Shown: positions 17,397 through 25,073 of the stretch, in pieces
How positions within the stretch are numbered: the stretch's first letter is position 1
Layout: every line of letters starts with the position of its first letter
Source of the DNA: Candidatus Omnitrophota bacterium
Lineage (GTDB): Bacteria > Omnitrophota > Omnitrophia > Omnitrophales > Aquincolibacteriaceae
Assembly: GCA_023247055.1 (NCBI GenBank)
Contig: JAHFHF010000003.1
Span: 36,367 to 100,366, forward strand
DNA: 64,000 nt
Reading direction: 5' to 3'
Made by a program: the position numbers and the translations under genes
The notes under the pieces: generated by a model
The model's input: only the letters and a program-made list of their open reading frames with translations
What the model was told of the DNA's origin: nothing
Database searches by the model: none

Positions 17397-18373
17397 AAGA
17401 TCAGTTCGGAAGGACTTTAGAGTATCTGCGCATTTCCGTGGTCGACCGCTGCAATTTACGCTGCGTTTACTGCATGCCGGCTTCGGGCGCGGGTTTTGAC
17501 CCCTGGGCCGAACTTTTGACTTATGATGAAATTGTCACGCTGACGGGTTATTTTGCGGAAATGGGTATCCGCAAGGTCCGGCTGACCGGAGGCGAACCGC
17601 TGGTACGGCCCGGCATGGCCGGCCTGATCACGCGGCTTAAAAAAATTCCGGGCATCGAAGAACTGGCCTTGTCGACCAACGGCGTCTTACTGAAAGACCA
17701 GGCGCGCCAGCTGCGTGACGCGGGCCTGGACCGGATCAATGTCAGCCTCGATACGCTGCGCCGTGACCGTTTCAAAGAAATTGCCAAAATGGACCGTCTG
17801 CATGACGTGCTTGAGGGCATTGAAGAAGCCCTGCGCGTTGGACTGCGGCCCGTCAAAATGAATACGGTTTTGATGAAAGGCGTCAACGAAGATGAAATTC
17901 TGGATTTGGTGCGGTTTGCGGTCGAACGCTCGATCGAAGTCCGTTTCATTGAATTGATGCAGACGCATCAGAATGTGCCGCTGGACCCGCTGAAAACTTT
18001 TTTGAGCGTAGAAGAAGCCCGGGCCATCATCGAAAAAGAATTCCGCTTAGTCCCGTTTGACACGTACTTTTCCTCGCCGGCTAAAGTTTTTTTGATTGCA
18101 GGCACAAACGCGCGGGTGGGACTCATCAGTCCGCTGTCCTGCTTTTTTTGCACGCGCTGCAACCGCCTGCGCCTTAAAGCCAACGGATTCCTTAAAACCT
18201 GCCTGCACGGCAAAGAAGATTTAGATTTGAAAACGCTTGTGCGCGCCGGTGTTCCTAAAGAAGAAATCCAGCAGCGCATCGCCGGAGTAGTTTTTACGCG
18301 CCCGGAGCAGCATTTTTTAAATGAAAAAGATGTTCCGCACAAAGATTTCCAAATGTCGCATGTGGGAGGCTGA
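17372..18373 (+). CDS. moaA: GTP 3',8-cyclase (radical SAM)
   Basis: CNLRCVYCMP radical-SAM motif. C-terminal CTRCNRLRL second cluster. Confidence 0.9.
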   Translation: MDRRNAPVKDQFGRTLEYLRISVVDRCNLRCVYCMPASGAGFDPWAELLTYDEIVTLTGYFAEMGIRKVRLTGGEPLVRPGMAGLITRLKKIPGIEELALSTNGVLLKDQARQLRDAGLDRINVSLDTLRRDRFKEIAKMDRLHDVLEGIEEALRVGLRPVKMNTVLMKGVNEDEILDLVRFAVERSIEVRFIELMQTHQNVPLDPLKTFLSVEEARAIIEKEFRLVPFDTYFSSPAKVFLIAGTNARVGLISPLSCFFCTRCNRLRLKANGFLKTCLHGKEDLDLKTLVRAGVPKEEIQQRIAGVVFTRPEQHFLNEKDVPHKDFQMSHVGG

Positions 18374-18378
18374 AGCGG

Positions 18379-18624
18379 GTGAAAGTGAAACTGCTTTTTT
18401 TTGCGCAGCTTAAGGATTTCATTCAGGCGCCGGAACTGGTTTTGGAACTCGCGGGCCCGCTCTCGTGCCGCGAGGCCTCGGACACTCTCGGAAGGCAATA
18501 CCCCGGAGCCGGCTCGATTTTAGATCAATGCGCGGTTGCGCGAAATGGTCTCTTAGTTCCGGAAAACGCCATGCTGGAAGACGGAGACGAACTCGCCCTG
18601 CTGCCGCCCGTGAGCGGAGGATAA
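18379..18624 (+). CDS. moaD: Molybdopterin synthase sulfur-carrier subunit
   Basis: 81 aa ending in Gly-Gly (…LPPVSGG). Confidence 0.8.
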   Translation: MKVKLLFFAQLKDFIQAPELVLELAGPLSCREASDTLGRQYPGAGSILDQCAVARNGLLVPENAMLEDGDELALLPPVSGG

Positions 18625-18632
18625 TTTTAAAG

Positions 18633-19169
18633 GTGCCGACATCAAATTGTCTGACCTATGAAACGATCGACGCCCGGACGTTTATAACCACGGGTGAAGC
18701 TGCGGGTACGGCAGGAGGCACCGTTCTTTTTTTTGGAATAGTCCGCAATCAAGCGCTGCAGCGACAGGTCACGCATTTAGTCTATGAGGCCTACGAGCCG
18801 CTGGCCGAACGGATGATCGATGAACTTATTTCAAAAGCCATGCGCATTTGGCCTCTTTTGCGCATTCAGGTTTTGCACCGGCTTGGACGCGTTGAGGCGG
18901 GTGAAATCGCTGTTGCGATTGAAGTCATCAGCAAACACCGCGATGAAGCTTACAAAGCCTCGCGCTTTTTAATCGACCAGATTAAGACCGATGTGCCTGT
19001 GTGGAAAAAAGAATATTTTGAAGACGGGTCTTACCGCTGGGGCCAGTGCGAGCACAAAACCGTAGCGGCCGGTCGCGACCGGCCACTACTTGACGGTACG
19101 CGTCATTGCGAGTCCACGGAAGCTGTTATGGCGGACGAAGCAATCTCAGGGCATGACATAGGGACGTGA
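18633..19169 (+). CDS. moaE: Molybdopterin synthase catalytic subunit
   Basis: MoaE fold motifs (…FFGIVRN…HLVYEAYEP…KHRDEAY…PVWKKE). GTG start 18633 follows the moaD stop. The last ~15 codons are encoded by a GTCATTGCGAG repeat. Confidence 0.7.
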   Translation: MPTSNCLTYETIDARTFITTGEAAGTAGGTVLFFGIVRNQALQRQVTHLVYEAYEPLAERMIDELISKAMRIWPLLRIQVLHRLGRVEAGEIAVAIEVISKHRDEAYKASRFLIDQIKTDVPVWKKEYFEDGSYRWGQCEHKTVAAGRDRPLLDGTRHCESTEAVMADEAISGHDIGT

Positions 19170-20518
19170 GAAATATGCTGGAACATCAAGAGGCGCTTGA
19201 AAAAATTTTTAAATTCTCAAAAACACTCCCCATCTCTCAAGTCCCCTTAGAAATGGCGTTGGGGCAGGTCTTGAGCAAAGACCTCCGCGCCTCCTTCCCA
19301 TTGCCTTCTTTCGATAATTCGGCGGTGGATGGTTATGCGCTGCGTTTCCCGGTTTGTCATTCTGAGCCCGGCAAGATTGGAGGGGCGAAGAATCTCAGAA
19401 CGAGATCCTTCGCTTCGCTTCCGCCACTAAAGCGTCGGCGGGCAAGCATGATGACAAATAATTTTACGCTCAAGGTCGCCGGAGAAATTGCGGCGGGTGC
19501 AAAAAATCCGCCCAAATTAATTCCCGGAACGGCCGCCCAGATTTTTACCGGTGCACCGGTCCCTGCCGGAACGGAAGCGGTGGTCATGCAGGAAAAGTGT
19601 GCTCGTGAAAATGGCCGTGTCCAATTTTCCGGCGCGCCCGTTCCGCTTGAAAATATCCGGTTCAAGGGCGAGGACATCCAAAAAGGGGAACTCCTTTTAA
19701 ACAAGGGAACAGTGTTAGGGGCGGCCCAGATTGGGCTTTTGGCCGCGGCCGGCTATGCGAAAGTTCCGGTCATTCGCAAACCGCAAGTGACAGTCCTGGC
19801 CACAGGCAATGAACTCAAAAAACCCGGAGAAAAAATAAAATCCGGTCAGATTTTTGATTCCAATACGCCGCTCTTGCGGGCACTTCTTGAGGAAAACGCA
19901 TGCGCCGTCTCTGCGCTGCCATCCGGCCGCGATTCTCGCGCCGCACTCCAAAGAAAAATCCGTCAAGGTCTCAAAGCCGATGTGTTTTTAATTGCCGGAG
20001 GCGTTTCCGTGGGGAAATACGACCTGGTCAAAGAGCTTTTGCGCGAAGCCGGGGTGCGCGAAATTTTTTGGAAGGTCAACATCAAGCCCGGCAAACCACT
20101 TTTTTTCGGCCGCAAAGGGAAAACGCTGGTCTTTGGCCTGCCGGGCAATCCAGTTTCCGTTTTTGTGACTTTTTCCGAGTATGTCAAACCCTGCCTTCAA
20201 AAGCTTCAAGGAAAAGCAGCGCACGCGGTTTTTGAAAAAGCAAAAATGGCTGCGGATTTTAAAAATGGCCCGCGCCGGCATTTTGTCCGCTGCGTGGTTG
20301 AGCAGGGGACTGCGGCGCCTCTCGCCGGGCAGGGGTCACACATGATTCGTTCGCTGGCGCAAGCCAATGCAATTTTGGAAGTTCCACCGAATGAATTCTT
20401 GCCTAAAAACCGGGAAGTGACTGTGAAATTGTTCGGTGAGCCTTTGCCAAGAAGTCTGTCGCATTCCGTAGTGGCAATTCATGAATTGCCACTACAAAAG
20501 GCAGTTCAAAAGCATTAA
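19166..20518 (+). CDS. moeA: Molybdopterin molybdotransferase carrying an in-frame ~105-bp repeat-element insertion
   Basis: DNSAVDGYALRF…IFTGAPVPAGTEAVVMQE…LPGNPVS. The insertion PVCHSEPGKIGGAKNLRTRSFASLPPLKRRRASMMTNN coincides with the repeat at 19353-19458. The C-terminal codons are supplied by a 28-bp palindrome. Confidence 0.8.
   Translation: MRNMLEHQEALEKIFKFSKTLPISQVPLEMALGQVLSKDLRASFPLPSFDNSAVDGYALRFPVCHSEPGKIGGAKNLRTRSFASLPPLKRRRASMMTNNFTLKVAGEIAAGAKNPPKLIPGTAAQIFTGAPVPAGTEAVVMQEKCARENGRVQFSGAPVPLENIRFKGEDIQKGELLLNKGTVLGAAQIGLLAAAGYAKVPVIRKPQVTVLATGNELKKPGEKIKSGQIFDSNTPLLRALLEENACAVSALPSGRDSRAALQRKIRQGLKADVFLIAGGVSVGKYDLVKELLREAGVREIFWKVNIKPGKPLFFGRKGKTLVFGLPGNPVSVFVTFSEYVKPCLQKLQGKAAHAVFEKAKMAADFKNGPRRHFVRCVVEQGTAAPLAGQGSHMIRSLAQANAILEVPPNEFLPKNREVTVKLFGEPLPRSLSHSVVAIHELPLQKAVQKH
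19353..19458. mobile_element. MITE-like element (TTGTCATTCTGAGC…GAAGAATCTC…GATCCTTCGCTTCGC…ATGACAAA) inserted in-frame inside moeA
   Basis: It shares termini and internal words with the intergenic copy at 56231-56313. It lies in a loop that is only ~10 aa long in ordinary MoeA proteins. Confidence 0.65.
20468..20495. repeat. 28-bp perfect palindrome GTAGTGGCAATTCATGAATTGCCACTAC (copy 1)
   Basis: Exact 14+14 bp inverted repeat. An identical copy is at 25690-25717. Confidence 0.9.
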
Positions 20519-20553
20519 GGATGACGCCTCAAAAAAATCCAGGAGATGATGCT

Positions 20554-21093
20554 ATGAAAACGTTTGCAGTTGTAGGCCGTAAAGGCGCCGGCCGGTCCGA
20601 ATCTCTGCTGGCGCTCGTGGCTGAATTGAAAAAACGCGGCCACCGCGTGGGCGTGGTGCGCCATTTACAGCGCGATGACCTGGAAATCGATCAGCCCGGC
20701 AAAGATACGTACAACTACCGGATGCAGGGTGCGGAGAAAGTCATTCTCTCGGGCCGCAAACGCTGCGCTGTTTTTGAAAACCGCAGCGAAGAATATTCGG
20801 CGGCCGAACTTTTGGAAGCTTTTCAGGGCTATGATTTCATCTTTTTTGAAGAATATTATTTAGCGGACATGCCTACGATTAAGATTCCCCATTCCATGGG
20901 GAAAAACCCGCAAGCGTTGGCGGGTTTCGTGGAGCAGTTTCCCCCCTCTAACTCCCCCCGAAGAGCACGGGGGGAGAAAAATGCTGCTCATTCTTTATTT
21001 CATCGCCGTGTTGTTGAGGAAGAGAAAAAAAGAAAATCAATTCTGGTTTCCTCCCCCGCGCTTTTCGGGGGAGGATCAAGGAGGGGGAAATGA
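20554..21093 (+). CDS. mobB: Molybdopterin-guanine dinucleotide biosynthesis adapter protein
   Basis: MKTFAVVGRKGAGRSESL P-loop. RBS AGGAG before ATG 20554. The C-terminal ~50 aa are a translation of the G/C-rich repeat element. Confidence 0.7.
   Translation: MKTFAVVGRKGAGRSESLLALVAELKKRGHRVGVVRHLQRDDLEIDQPGKDTYNYRMQGAEKVILSGRKRCAVFENRSEEYSAAELLEAFQGYDFIFFEEYYLADMPTIKIPHSMGKNPQALAGFVEQFPPSNSPRRARGEKNAAHSLFHRRVVEEEKKRKSILVSSPALFGGGSRRGK
20938..21089. repeat. G/C-hairpin-rich ~150-bp inverted-repeat element (family 2), copy 1
   Basis: tcccccctctaactccccccgaagagcacggggggagaaa … cctcccccgcgcttttcgggggaggatcaaggaggggga. The termini are mutually complementary, and there are two internal perfect hairpins. 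Confidence 0.7.
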
Positions 21094-21689
21094 GCGGCAT
21101 GGGCGCGATTATTCTCGCCGGCGGTGAAAGCCGCCGCATGGGTTTCGATAAAGCCTTGTTGCCGTATGCCGGTAAAACGTTATTGGAAGAGATCGTTCAG
21201 AGGGGCCGGCCTTTTTTTGAAGAGATTTATGTCGTTGTCGACCAGGCCAAAAAAACAAAGCGTCTTGACCTCTCAGGCGCCAAAGTTTTTGAAGACGTGG
21301 TTCCTAAAGCCGGTCCGCTGGCCGGGCTTTACACCGGCCTTTGTCACTCGGCATATCCGCTAAATATGGTTTTTACCGTCGATATGCCGTTTGTCGACGG
21401 AGCCTGTATTTTAGAACTCAAACACGCTGCGACGGAAAATCAATCCGACGTTTTTTGTTTTGAAACCAGCGATGGAAACGTGCAGCCTTTTCCCGGAATT
21501 TATGCCAAAGAATGCCTGCGCTGGATGCAGCTTTTGATGGATCAGAACACGCGATCCATGAAGCGGCTTTTTCAGATCGTTGACTGGCGCGCAATCCCTG
21601 CGGCCTCTGAAAAAGAACGAGTCTTTAAAAATTTAAATCAATGCGAAGATTACTGGAACACGCTGGATTTGCAGGGGAAGGCCCCATGA
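21090..21689 (+). CDS. mobA: Molybdenum cofactor guanylyltransferase
   Basis: GAIILAGGESRRMG…DKALLPY N-terminal MobA motif. Confidence 0.8.
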   Translation: MSGMGAIILAGGESRRMGFDKALLPYAGKTLLEEIVQRGRPFFEEIYVVVDQAKKTKRLDLSGAKVFEDVVPKAGPLAGLYTGLCHSAYPLNMVFTVDMPFVDGACILELKHAATENQSDVFCFETSDGNVQPFPGIYAKECLRWMQLLMDQNTRSMKRLFQIVDWRAIPAASEKERVFKNLNQCEDYWNTLDLQGKAP

Positions 21690-22162
21690 AAAAATCTTTT
21701 TTATCGCATCTTGATCGCGGCGGCCAAGCGCGCATGGTGGACGTGGGCGCCAAAAAAATAACGGCGCGTTATGCCAAAGCCGCCGGCGTTGTAAAAATGA
21801 AGCCTGCGACTTTGAAACTGCTGCGCAGCGGAAAAATCAAAAAAGGCGACGCTTTTACCGTGGCCAAAACCGCCGGCATTTTGGCGGTCAAAAAAACACC
21901 CGAGCTCGTTCCTCTCTGCCATCCGCTGCCGCTCGACCAAATCCAAATTGATTTTTCAGACTTACCGGCGCGGGATGGGGTAGAAATACAGGTGCAGGTC
22001 AAAACAGTTTCTAAAACCGGAGTTGAAATTGAAGCGTTGAACGGGGTTTTGATCACGGCGCTGACTCTCTATGACATGGCCAAATCGTATGATCCCGGGA
22101 TGACCATTACGGATGTGAAGCTGATTCAAAAAACAGGGGGCAAAAGTGACTATGCGCTTTAA
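21686..22162 (+). CDS. moaC: Cyclic pyranopterin monophosphate synthase
   Basis: MVDVGAKKIT…GVEIEALNGVLITALTLYDMAK. The ATG overlaps the mobA stop. Confidence 0.85.
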   Translation: MKKSFLSHLDRGGQARMVDVGAKKITARYAKAAGVVKMKPATLKLLRSGKIKKGDAFTVAKTAGILAVKKTPELVPLCHPLPLDQIQIDFSDLPARDGVEIQVQVKTVSKTGVEIEALNGVLITALTLYDMAKSYDPGMTITDVKLIQKTGGKSDYAL

Positions 22163-22670
22163 AGCCGGCGTTCTTACGGCCAGTGACCGTTCTTTCCGCG
22201 GCGAGCGCGAAGATCAAAGCGGCACAATTCTGCGAGATTTACTGCTTGAATTGTCTTGCGACGTGGCCGTTTACCAAATCGTTCCCGATGACCGTACGCT
22301 TTTAGCGGCGGCTTTAAAAGATTGGACTGATCGTTTACACTGTGACCTGATTCTGACTACGGGCGGCACCGGCCTGGCACCCCGCGACCAAACGCCGGAT
22401 GCGACCCGCGATGTGATTGAAAAAGAAGTGCCCGGAATCATCCAGGCCATTCGCGAAGCAAGTCTTAAGAAAACGCCCATGGCCATGCTCTCGCGCGCTG
22501 TTGCGGGAGTCCGCGGACAAACGCTGATCATCAATTTACCCGGCAGTCCCAAGGGGGTGCGTGAAGCTTTTGAAACGATTCGTCCTGTTCTTCAGCATGC
22601 TGTTGAACTCATCCGAAATGAAGTGACCGATTGCCAGACTTTATCCTCCTTGCCGCACTCACATGCCTAG
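22152..22670 (+). CDS. mog: Molybdopterin adenylyltransferase (MogA/MoaB family)
   Basis: LTASDRSFRGEREDQSG…LILTTGGTGLAPRD…INLPGSPKG. Confidence 0.8.
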   Translation: MRFKAGVLTASDRSFRGEREDQSGTILRDLLLELSCDVAVYQIVPDDRTLLAAALKDWTDRLHCDLILTTGGTGLAPRDQTPDATRDVIEKEVPGIIQAIREASLKKTPMAMLSRAVAGVRGQTLIINLPGSPKGVREAFETIRPVLQHAVELIRNEVTDCQTLSSLPHSHA

Positions 22671-23431
22671 TTGCATTTATTTATTCGTCAGTCGGGCATG
22701 GCGGTGCCTCGGGTTATCTCGCGGTACTTTCTTTTTTTGCCGTTCCGCGCGACCCAATGGCTTCCAGCGCCTTGTGCCTGAATCTTCTGGTGGCGGGCCT
22801 TGCGTTTTATTCTTTCTATAAGGAGGGCTATTTTTCCTGGAAACTCACTTGGCCGTTTGTGCTCACTTCAGTTCCCGCGGCCTTTCTGGGCGGCCTGATT
22901 AAAATTCCGCCGGCTTTTTATGACAAGCTTCTGGCCGGCGCCCTTATCTTTGCGGGCTTTCGCCTGATGTTGGATGTCGAGAAAAAAAATAGCGGTTCTT
23001 ACAGCCTTTCTTTGTGCGGAGACAAAGACAGTCATGTACGCAGCGCTGTTGGCGCTGAGTCATTCCCGCCGCCTTTAACGGTTTCTCTTCCCACAGGCGC
23101 TGCGCTTGGTTTTCTTTCGGGGATGGTCGGTGTGGGCGGCGGAATTTTTTTAAGCCCGCTTTTGATCCTTTTCCGCTGGGCCGATCCGAAGACCGTGGCC
23201 GCGACGTCCGCTTTTTTTATTTGGGTCAATTCTTCTTCCGGGCTTTGGGGACGGTCTATGCGCGGAGGTTTTCAAATGCCGCCGCATCTTGTGCTGCTGC
23301 TCGCAGCGGCTTTTTTCGGAGGCATCGCGGGTTCACGGATCGGCGCCCGCCATTTTTCAGGCCTCTGGCTGAAGCGCATACTGGCCGTCGTGCTCTGGAT
23401 GGCCGTTATTAAACTGCTCAAACACGCCTAA
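22631..23431 (+). CDS. TauE/SafE (DUF81) family membrane permease
   Basis: Two-repeat polytopic membrane protein with VGHGGASGYL… and …MVGVGGGIFLSPLL motifs. TTG start is uncertain. Confidence 0.55.
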   Translation: MPDFILLAALTCLVAFIYSSVGHGGASGYLAVLSFFAVPRDPMASSALCLNLLVAGLAFYSFYKEGYFSWKLTWPFVLTSVPAAFLGGLIKIPPAFYDKLLAGALIFAGFRLMLDVEKKNSGSYSLSLCGDKDSHVRSAVGAESFPPPLTVSLPTGAALGFLSGMVGVGGGIFLSPLLILFRWADPKTVAATSAFFIWVNSSSGLWGRSMRGGFQMPPHLVLLLAAAFFGGIAGSRIGARHFSGLWLKRILAVVLWMAVIKLLKHA

Positions 23432-23646
23432 TCTTGCCTAAGGATCATGACCGTACCCTGCGGTCGATACGATTTCCCCTTCGAAATATGCGAAATTTAT
23501 TAACGACATCAAATCTCCAACCTCCGGCTGGAGAAATATCGTGGTCGTATATTAAAAAAAATCTCGCACCGCTGGTGCGAGAAATAAACGGATGTTTTTC
23601 TGAAATATAGGTGTCAATGGTTCCAGGTCTGGTCGGTTGAACCTGC

Positions 23647-23740
23647 ATTTGGGCAACAACTTGTTGCCCAAATCCCATGGGACCACAACCTTGTCATCAT
23701 TAACGGTGCCGGGGTGGTGCCTGGCACCACCCCGGCACCG
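23647..23740. terminator. Two consecutive strong hairpins between the convergent TauE and higA genes
   Basis: tttgggcaacaa-c-ttgttgcccaaa (23647-23671) and the perfect 18-bp-arm palindrome cggtgccggggtggtgcc|tggcaccaccccggcaccg (23704-23740). Confidence 0.45.
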
Positions 23741-23802
23741 TTCTATGACAATAGAGCCCGCGGTGCTCCGCACCGGCCCAGCACCAAAATACCGGAATTT
23801 TT

Positions 23803-24111
23803 TCAGGCAGCTTTTTTTGAGGGGCGGATATGAATTTCAATTTCGCCGCTAAGGGCATCGACGATCTTAACGAGTGTTTCCAGGCTTAAATTGGAAGCTT
23901 CGTCATTTTCAATCTTGGCAATAAACGGCTGTGTCGCGCCTATGCGCCGGGCTAATTCCGCCTGAGTTATTCCTAACATCTCACGCAATTCGATAATCTG
24001 ACTAATGACTTTTAGACGCTGGACTCCGGCTTCTATTTTTTGCCGAAAACGCTTATTTTTCAGCAAAGGCTTCATCAACTCAGCGTGTGAAGGAATTCTC
24101 ATGGGTTTCAT
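23803..24111 (-). CDS. higA: HTH XRE-family antitoxin (HigA-like), copy 1
   Basis: LREMLGITQAELARRIGATQPFIAKIENDE helix-turn-helix. Lies downstream of the toxin and overlaps it by 4 bp. Confidence 0.7.
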   Translation of the reverse strand: MKPMRIPSHAELMKPLLKNKRFRQKIEAGVQRLKVISQIIELREMLGITQAELARRIGATQPFIAKIENDEASNLSLETLVKIVDALSGEIEIHIRPSKKAA

Positions 24112-24476
24112 TTTTCAACCTCACCGGTATAAAACAGGCCTTTATCCCACCTGCCGATAAAATCGTTCATGTTAGCTAAAGCTATGCTTATTTCTTGCTG
24201 CGGAACAGCATCTGTTTTCTTTCGAAATGCATGGACTAGCACGACATAATCTTTCAGCGTAAAAAAATAAAGGATACGTGACTGTTTAGGCCGCAGTTCA
24301 TAAAGCTTATTCCCCAAATAATCTCCGATGGGCCTCCTGACTTGCTCACCGACATCCGCAAGATAGGTGATGTACTCCAGGCATTTATGTTTTTCAGAAG
24401 GCGCTAATCCTTGAATGAACGTCCAGACTGGATTACGGCCTTTTTGATCAATGTAATACAGAACATGTTTACGCAT
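24108..24476 (-). CDS. higB: RelE/ParE-superfamily toxin (HigB / phage Gp49-like addiction-module killer), copy 1
   Basis: …KLYELRPKQSRILYFFTLKDYVVLVHAFRKKT… In the HigBA-type order the toxin gene comes first. Confidence 0.65.
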   Translation of the reverse strand: MRKHVLYYIDQKGRNPVWTFIQGLAPSEKHKCLEYITYLADVGEQVRRPIGDYLGNKLYELRPKQSRILYFFTLKDYVVLVHAFRKKTDAVPQQEISIALANMNDFIGRWDKGLFYTGEVEK

Positions 24477-24480
24477 AAAA

Positions 24481-24498
24481 TTATATAACCTTAAAGTT
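24481..24498. promoter_or_regulatory. Near-palindromic operator TATAACCTTAAAGTTATA upstream of the higB copy-1 start
   Basis: Within an AT-rich promoter region. The paralogous locus has ATAACTTTAAAGTTAT at 51196-51211. Confidence 0.45.
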
Positions 24499-24843
24499 AT
24501 AAAGTCAAATTTATAAAAATTATAATAATAAATAATTATATTAATTTAAAATTAAATAACAAGATTAAACGGCTGATTCGCAGGTATAAAATCGAAAAAC
24601 TAAAAATCGCTAGCAATTGCTAGACGGATAGAGGGAGATTGCCGGGTGTCGGGGGTAGACGTTATACTACGCTTTCACCCAAGAAAAACGATGCTAAACC
24701 AGCGCTTTTTGTTGAGTCCGGCACCTGCACAGTACCGAGAAGTTCACTGACACTTGAAAAACTTCGCCATCCGCACGGCTCGGTACCGGGCCTTTGCTGG
24801 CTGAACCACTCTATCTGACCAAATACATTGAGCGGAGTAACTG

Positions 24844-24875
24844 TAACCGGACGCCGTCCGGCGGGAGACGTTAGC
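24844..24875 (+). other. Conserved ~32-nt non-coding motif TAACCGGACGCCGTCC-N-CGGGGAGACGTTAGC (copy A2). A related copy A1 is at 24641-24667
   Basis: The same motif recurs at 50791-50816 and 50920-50951. It contains the 15-bp palindrome CCGGACGcCGTCCGG. Confidence 0.5.
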
Positions 24876-24907
24876 TGCGTCTGAGTATTTAAGGTGATTA
24901 GGAAAAA

Positions 24908-25054
24908 ATGAGAATGAAGCATAAGACTCTTTCCGCGGCACTGCTTACTTTATCGCTTATTATATTTTCTGTGGCTATACCTAATAGTGCAGAGATCCTG
25001 GTGACAGACACTCAGAAAGGGACAGTCATACAAATTCCGTGGGCAAGTTCCTGA
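24908..25054 (+). CDS. Small (48 aa) secreted/hydrophobic peptide. Not in the ORF track because it is under 60 aa
   Basis: ATGAGAATGAAGCATAAG… encodes MRMKHKTLSAALLTLSLIIFSVAIPNSAEILVTDTQKGTVIQIPWASS. RBS AGGTGATTAGG upstream. Directly follows motif copy A2. Confidence 0.3.
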   Translation: MRMKHKTLSAALLTLSLIIFSVAIPNSAEILVTDTQKGTVIQIPWASS

Positions 25055-25073
25055 TTTTATGGAGAAAATTCCA

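Noticed and set aside
23560-23770. Possible tRNA or small RNA gene between TauE and higA
   Set aside because: No T-arm GTTCRANYC box and no cloverleaf could be built. The region instead contains two long perfect palindromes, which fit terminators or REP elements better.
24844-24875. Guanidine-II (mini-ykkC) or other known riboswitch interpretation of the CCGGACG…CGTCCGG motif
   Set aside because: The palindrome leaves a 1-nt loop, which is impossible as an RNA hairpin. There is no ACGR tetraloop arrangement. A DNA-level site fits better.
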